Origin: a virus
Taxonomy: Duplodnaviria; Heunggongvirae; Uroviricota; Caudoviricetes
DNA length: 44,740 nt
IMG/VR virus record: IMGVR_UViG_2617271072_000006
Coordinates: 1 to 44,740 of that record
Direction: 5' to 3' (one strand)
Below the pieces are notes generated by a model. The model was not told the DNA's origin and searched no databases. It was given only the letters and a program-made list of their open reading frames with translations. Of this stretch, positions 40,051 to 44,740 are shown piece after piece. The translations under genes and the position numbers were made by a program. Position 1 is the stretch's first letter. Every line of letters starts with the position of its first letter.

Positions 40051-40450
40051 GCCATTCAATATCGGGTGCTGTTGAAGTATCAACACGCATCAGCAGCACA
40101 CGGTATTTCTTCCATTCGGTGAGAGTTGAAGTTTCTTCATCAGTTGCGATATCAGCATCAACAGCATCCTGACGCCAGGATATTTCACTGTCAGCTTTTT
40201 CCCGTAATTGGGATTTTTTAACTTCAGCAATAGCTATTAATTCCTTTTTGGTCGGCTGAGGAATATCTATCAGTGCTGGTTTTCCATTCAGTGTTCCAAT
40301 CTGTTTTCCTGGTGGAATATCCATAAATAACTTTTTATGTTCTTCCTCACTGACTATTACACCATCATCAGGCCACAGACCTGATGCCTCAAATTTTTCT
40401 TTCTCCGATATGGGGAAAAAGCCATTTGCTTTAGCGCTCCATACGTACAT
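40022..40450 (-). CDS. Tail fibre assembly chaperone (Tfa) for tip 2
   Basis: 142-aa ORF convergent with and overlapping the other tfa by 29 bp; C-terminal [11 protein letters not shown] motif. Confidence 0.8.
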   Translation of the reverse strand: MYVWSAKANGFFPISEKEKFEASGLWPDDGVIVSEEEHKKLFMDIPPGKQIGTLNGKPALIDIPQPTKKELIAIAEVKKSQLREKADSEISWRQDAVDADIATDEETSTLTEWKKYRVLLMRVDTSTAPDIEWPTPPAVQAR

Positions 40451-40451
40451 A

Positions 40452-41036
40452 TCAATACCCCACCGCTATAATGTCCACATTAAATCCTCCGGGACCTGCC
40501 TGCCAGATGCTGGCCCCTGTTAATGATTTTGTTTGATGAACAACCGCCACATTTGCTGGCGATTGTGTTTCAGTTGTTACAGTACCGATATCATTCCAGT
40601 TAATTGAGATGGAATAGTTCGTTGTTGTAAACGACCGGGGGAAAGTTATGTGTCTTACATTGGTGCCAATAGGAAATCCAAGATAAACACGCTGAATTAT
40701 CATTCCTCCAGGTAACATAACCCAGTTAGCACCTTCTCCCAAACCAAGGTTTTCGAGAGCCGTTTTCACCGTGCCGTCCGATTTGATATCGCCAAACGGA
40801 TTTTTGCGGCTTAACAGTAGCGCACTAAGCGCGGTAAGCAGCTGGTCGTGCCGCCCCTTCTCCAGGCTGGCACCGGATGCCTCCACCACGCCACAAAGCT
40901 CTTCCTGCAACATGTCAAAGTAGTCATCATCCAGATCGGTGGCAGGTGTGCCGGTCTGGGGGTTACCACGGGTAAAACCGTTCTTACCCGCGCCGAACTT
41001 ATCCTTCTGCGCGGTTTTCGTGTCTATACGATGCAT
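40452..41036 (-). CDS. Tail fibre protein of the inverted module, same constant N-terminus with different C-terminal tip 2
   Basis: 194-aa ORF; residues 1-102 identical to fibre 1, then unrelated C-terminus. Confidence 0.85.
   Translation of the reverse strand: MHRIDTKTAQKDKFGAGKNGFTRGNPQTGTPATDLDDDYFDMLQEELCGVVEASGASLEKGRHDQLLTALSALLLSRKNPFGDIKSDGTVKTALENLGLGEGANWVMLPGGMIIQRVYLGFPIGTNVRHITFPRSFTTTNYSISINWNDIGTVTTETQSPANVAVVHQTKSLTGASIWQAGPGGFNVDIIAVGY
40734..40759 (-). other. Second Din-type crossover site, inverted relative to site 1
   Basis: TTCTCCCAAACC-AA-GGTTTTCGAGAG, exact reverse complement of the site at 38981-39004, at the constant/variable junction of fibre gene 2. Confidence 0.6.
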
Positions 41037-41039
41037 GGA

Positions 41040-41624
41040 TTACTCCGGATATTTAAAAATTACGTAGGTATGCGACGGGCAGAGTTTGTTAAGCACACAT
41101 TCGACAACGGTGTCGCCCCAGATACGCAGCGCGGAATCACAGGGATCGCCACATGTCATCCAGGTGGTGTTTGTGGCGGCTGGCATGTTGACCTGCCAGT
41201 AATACCGCCATTCCGGCGCATTCACCGCGTCAGTACAGACCGATGAGCAGGTGAACGTGCTTTTGTCGTATCGCGTGATGTTGGCATCTGGTCTGCCCAG
41301 GGCAGCAAGCTGTGCAAGATAAAAATTCTCGTTGATGCTGCCCGCCAGGTTAACCTTCGCATCCAGCCGTTGCTGACGCTGACGAAGGGTCTGTGTCCCT
41401 GCGGGAATACATTCATCCGGCAGACCGCACAGACGCTCCCAGCGGTTTATCAGTTCAGTGGTGGTGCGCGGATCCAGCTCCCGCATCAGGGCATCCGCAC
41501 GCTGATGAACACGGGTTAATGACGGTGCCGCACCGGCAATCGCCGGATCGCTGGCTGACCACGCCGGACCGGGCGGCAACAGTGCCGATAACAGGCGGAT
41601 GTAATCATCGTTTGTCACGTCCAT
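41040..41624 (-). CDS. Mu gp48-like tail protein, second (inverted) copy
   Basis: 194 aa, 6 substitutions relative to 38114-38698 (~97% identity). Confidence 0.7.
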   Translation of the reverse strand: MDVTNDDYIRLLSALLPPGPAWSASDPAIAGAAPSLTRVHQRADALMRELDPRTTTELINRWERLCGLPDECIPAGTQTLRQRQQRLDAKVNLAGSINENFYLAQLAALGRPDANITRYDKSTFTCSSVCTDAVNAPEWRYYWQVNMPAATNTTWMTCGDPCDSALRIWGDTVVECVLNKLCPSHTYVIFKYPE

Positions 41625-42673
41625 GAAATCGTCCCCAGTACCGCCAGTTCGTTTTTCGCAATGGAGATATTGTCCACCGGTGCAAGCAACTGATGGCTGT
41701 ATTCCCCGTTCGCACCGGAAATCGCCTCACTGATACGCGATACCTTCAGTTCTCCCTGCGGATAACCATCACGCAGCAGGAACGAACGCAACTCCGCGGT
41801 AATGGCAGCCCGTATTTCTGGTGTGTCCGGCGTCACGCGGATATGAAAATCCACCGTATGTGCCACCGGCCTGAATACATACAAATCAGAGCCTGCCACC
41901 GGGGCCAGTGGCCCGATATGTTGTCTTGCTGCCGTTTCCGTTGATTCTTCCGGAATGGGGTTAATCAGGTCACTGCTGGCAATCATCACACCGACAGTCC
42001 CCGTTCCCATCCAGTGTCGGTATGTCCATGCGCGGGTAATGCCGGGCACTTCTTTAGCCCAGACGACATAGTCCCCGTCAGCCCCGCCCTGAGGCGTCCA
42101 GTAATACCGCTCAATGACGCGGGCGCGCCACGTTTCCAGCTCTTCAGTATCAAATCCGCCTGTAAGGGTGTCAGCCACACCGGAAGACGGCAGACCATTC
42201 ACCGGCGTGACCAGGATTAATGCCGTACCGTCGTCAGCGTTACCGACCGCGCCTGTAGTTGAGCAAGTGATCGGCACACGCAGGACACCACCGGAGCTGG
42301 TTGCATCGGCAGTTGCCGTGTACTGAACCAGGTCATCGCGCTGAATCACGCTCCCGGCAGTCACCTTCAGGCCATCGCTGACACCTTCCCAGCGCATATA
42401 CCCGCTGGCAGCCGTGGCCCCCTTGCGCGGACACCGTTTCATCGCAGCATGTCGCGCCAGCCAGGACTCATCGCACAGGTCAGGCAGCATGTTCATTGCC
42501 AGATAATCGATGTACCCGTAAACCGTATGCAGCGCCGCCGCATACACCTTTGCCCGCACGTCTTCATCCATGCGCCGGAGCGTGTCGCTGACGTCCAGCC
42601 TGGCGAATAAATCGTTACGGAGCATACTGATATTTTCTGCCAGCGTCGGGCGCTGAAATTCACTGTCCGCCAT
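41615..42673 (-). CDS. Baseplate J-like protein, second (inverted) copy
   Basis: 352 aa, a few substitutions relative to 37065-38123. Confidence 0.75.
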   Translation of the reverse strand: MADSEFQRPTLAENISMLRNDLFARLDVSDTLRRMDEDVRAKVYAAALHTVYGYIDYLAMNMLPDLCDESWLARHAAMKRCPRKGATAASGYMRWEGVSDGLKVTAGSVIQRDDLVQYTATADATSSGGVLRVPITCSTTGAVGNADDGTALILVTPVNGLPSSGVADTLTGGFDTEELETWRARVIERYYWTPQGGADGDYVVWAKEVPGITRAWTYRHWMGTGTVGVMIASSDLINPIPEESTETAARQHIGPLAPVAGSDLYVFRPVAHTVDFHIRVTPDTPEIRAAITAELRSFLLRDGYPQGELKVSRISEAISGANGEYSHQLLAPVDNISIAKNELAVLGTISWT

Positions 42674-43087
42674 GCGTTATCGCACTCCACAGATCATCAA
42701 AAGAAATCATTACCGGTCCGTCACGACGCCAGAGAGTGATACTGTTACCCAGTTCATTAATCCCGGTGCGGCGAATATCCAGATCAATACGGGACACCAC
42801 GCCGTCATCAATCATCCATTGCAGGCATTCGCGGATATACCCCCTTACCGTCTGCACCAGCTGATTGGTCAGTTTGCTGCGCTGAAGCAGCCACAGTCGG
42901 GAGCCGTAACGGTCATTCTGTACCGCAGGCAGGTATCCCCCCACCATCCCATCGGGACGTCGGCGTTGTCATCAGGCTCCGCCCGCCGCCAGGTAAACAG
43001 GGAAATCACCACGGCGCGGGTCAGCGGATCCAGCGGTGCGCTGGCGCAGGTGCGTTTACCGTTCACCGTCAGCCACAGTTCCATCAT
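42660..43087 (-). CDS. Mu gp46-like protein, second copy; frameshifted as assembled
   Basis: ORFs 42869-43087 and 42660-42947 correspond to the two halves of gp46; one G missing relative to copy 1 near 42925-42935. Confidence 0.65.
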
Positions 43088-43722
43088 GCCTCCATCGCTT
43101 TATCAGGTTTGTCGGTGTTACTGCCCTGACCGTTCTCTCTGTGACGATGCCCGTTATAGGCAAGCCGCATCGCTGACATGGTGGTGCCGCCGGAGTCGCA
43201 CAGGTCTTTCACCTGTCCTGTCACTTCCAGGTCCATTTCAAAACGTGCCTTAGGCGCATTGCGAAACGTGATCGTTTTACCTGCACCGTCCACCACGATC
43301 CCCTCCCGGGTCAGCGTCACGGACTGCCCCTGATCGTCATAGACAGCCACCTCACCCGTCTGCAGCCCTTTCAGGCGGTAGCGCCGGTCCGACACCGTAA
43401 CAACCACCGCATGAGAACGGTCGCCATCCGGAAACAACACCACCGCTTCCGCACCGCTGTTTGCCCTTGAGGTAAAACCGTAGGGTTCAAGATGTTCAAC
43501 CCCTGCTTTGGGTTCACCGGCAATCAGGGACACATCCACGGTCTGACATTTCGTGGCGGCACTGATGCTTTTCACCACGGCCCGCCCAATCAGGCCGAGG
43601 AGTTGTCGCTGCATGGCTTCAATCGTCCTCATCAGAACGGGTCCTCCTGTACTCTGGCTTTTTTCTTTTTCCGCGCGCGGAGGCTTCGGGTTCAGGCAGA
43701 TAAGCATCAGGCGGACCGACAC
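43084..43722 (-). CDS. Baseplate gp45-like protein, second copy (apparent N-terminal extension)
   Basis: 212-aa ORF; last 182 aa match 36105-36653; extension arises from an indel difference in the gpP/gp45 junction. Confidence 0.65.
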   Translation of the reverse strand: MSVRLMLICLNPKPPRAEKEKSQSTGGPVLMRTIEAMQRQLLGLIGRAVVKSISAATKCQTVDVSLIAGEPKAGVEHLEPYGFTSRANSGAEAVVLFPDGDRSHAVVVTVSDRRYRLKGLQTGEVAVYDDQGQSVTLTREGIVVDGAGKTITFRNAPKARFEMDLEVTGQVKDLCDSGGTTMSAMRLAYNGHRHRENGQGSNTDKPDKAMEA

Positions 43723-44710
43723 GGATTTCCGTCAGGGTGCCGTTCTGGTCCTGAGTAAACGTGACTTCCGAAACAAGCAGTTCGGTATTGTCGAAACCAC
43801 AGACCGGATCGAAGACAATCACCCGCTGGTTGGGCTGCCACAGCGTACCGTTACCCTGTCGCCAGCCCTGCACCACATAGGTGGTTTCATCCGTCCGCGC
43901 CGCCCGTTGTCGGGCTTCAAAGTCAGCACGCGCAATACAGCCTGCCCCCGTGGCCTGCCCTGTCTGCCTGATATACATCGGACGGTAACGGGAAATAAAT
44001 GCGTCCTCTGTGCGGGCCCGCAGCGCGGTGGTGGTGGCCTCACCGAAATCATCGTCGTTTCCGGCACGCTGCCCCGCCACCTGGTAAACAGAAAACCGCT
44101 CCCGGATACTCTTCTCCGTATCACAGGAAAGGATGTTTTCCCCGAGTACAAGCGTGGTATGTGCCCGCGTTGAGCCAATACCGCCAATCACCAGCCTGCC
44201 GTGCGGGTCGTCGTAAGCCAGTGCCTGCTGCTGACCGAGTATTTTGTTGATCACCTCAATCACCGTTTCGCCGTGATCAGGCTGGACATCAGGAATAACG
44301 CCCGACGGCGCACCGTTGTTCACCACCTCAATGCCGAAAGGCGCAGCAAGCGCCTGCGCAATCTGTACCAGCGATCGTCCGTTAAACTGTGTCGGTTCGG
44401 CTGCACAGTCAATCAGGTCAGCGGTCAGACTACGTCCGGCAATACCGGTGCTGACCGAACGGGCATCGTAACGAACGGGAGTCGCCTCCACCCAGCCGGT
44501 GATCACCAGCTCATCACCAATCAGCACTTCCACTTTTGAACCGTTTTTAATGCGCGGCTGAAGCGTGGTGATACCCTCATCTCCCGGCCACTGGCGGGTG
44601 ATCTCCACACTGAAATCCCGCGCCAGCCGTTCAATACCGGCACCGATGCGCACCGATGTCCAGCCATTCCACTCCCGGCCATTTACCCGTAGCGTGACAT
44701 TGTCGTTCAT
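43619..44710 (-). CDS. Mu gpP-like baseplate hub, second copy
   Basis: 363-aa ORF near-identical to 35026-36105 except for a frame difference in the last ~20 codons. Confidence 0.7.
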   Translation of the reverse strand: MNDNVTLRVNGREWNGWTSVRIGAGIERLARDFSVEITRQWPGDEGITTLQPRIKNGSKVEVLIGDELVITGWVEATPVRYDARSVSTGIAGRSLTADLIDCAAEPTQFNGRSLVQIAQALAAPFGIEVVNNGAPSGVIPDVQPDHGETVIEVINKILGQQQALAYDDPHGRLVIGGIGSTRAHTTLVLGENILSCDTEKSIRERFSVYQVAGQRAGNDDDFGEATTTALRARTEDAFISRYRPMYIRQTGQATGAGCIARADFEARQRAARTDETTYVVQGWRQGNGTLWQPNQRVIVFDPVCGFDNTELLVSEVTFTQDQNGTLTEIRVGPPDAYLPEPEASARGKRKKPEYRRTRSDEDD

Positions 44711-44740
44711 TGCACTGGCACCTTCAGAGGGATCACCGGC
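44707..44740 (-). CDS. 3' end of gpN-like gene of the second module (partial, runs off window)
   Basis: Minus-strand sequence mirrors the gpN/gpP overlap of copy 1 (..VIPLKVPVQ stop overlapping ATG). Confidence 0.5.
   Translation of the reverse strand, partial: PVIPLKVPVQ

Larger units (their letters stand above)
1331..44740. mobile_element. Mosaic lambdoid prophage, left end at attL; right end not in window (sequence beyond ~40734 belongs to an inverted second tail module)
   Basis: attL core followed by int/xis, Red, immunity, replication, nin/Q, lysis, head and tail modules in canonical prophage order. Confidence 0.9.
40734..44740 (-). repeat. Right arm of the inverted duplication (tail module copy 2), truncated by window end
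   Basis: Reverse-complement counterpart of 34996-39004; distinct substitutions show it is a diverged second copy, not an exact duplicate. Confidence 0.85.

Noticed and set aside
1-44740. Insertion sequences or transposase genes
   Set aside because: No transposase-like ORF or terminal inverted repeats with target duplication were seen; the only large repeats are the inverted tail modules and the Din-type sites.

Overview
The window is the left ~40 kb of a mosaic lambdoid prophage integrated at the lambda attachment site beside host ybhC, followed by a second, inverted tail module. From the left: attL core (1331-1345), lambda-type int/xis, an AT-rich cargo region, Red genes exo/bet/gam, a non-lambda immunity region (cI-like S24 repressor, Cro-like, YdaT-like; no N gene seen), O/P replication genes with ori iterons inside O, a DLP12-like ninB-ninE-ybcO-rusA-ylcG-Q-like block, a lysis cassette, an HNH/HK97-type head module and a Mu-type contractile tail module. 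The tail ends in a G-segment-like tail-fibre switch flanked by inverted Din-invertase-type crossover sites, then a ~97-98% identical tail module in inverted orientation that runs off the window; no attR is present. Two AT-rich cargo islands are the main candidates for new biology: a SIR2-like NADase gene in the rexAB slot downstream of the repressor, and a phosphoribosyltransferase-fold + NADAR operon (plus a further small ORF) in the nin slot. Many genes are broken by single-base indels in short homopolymers, which looks like assembly error rather than decay, so 'frameshifted' calls are provisional. All assignments are from reading the translations and motifs; no database search was run, and hand-derived coordinates may be off by 1-2 bp.
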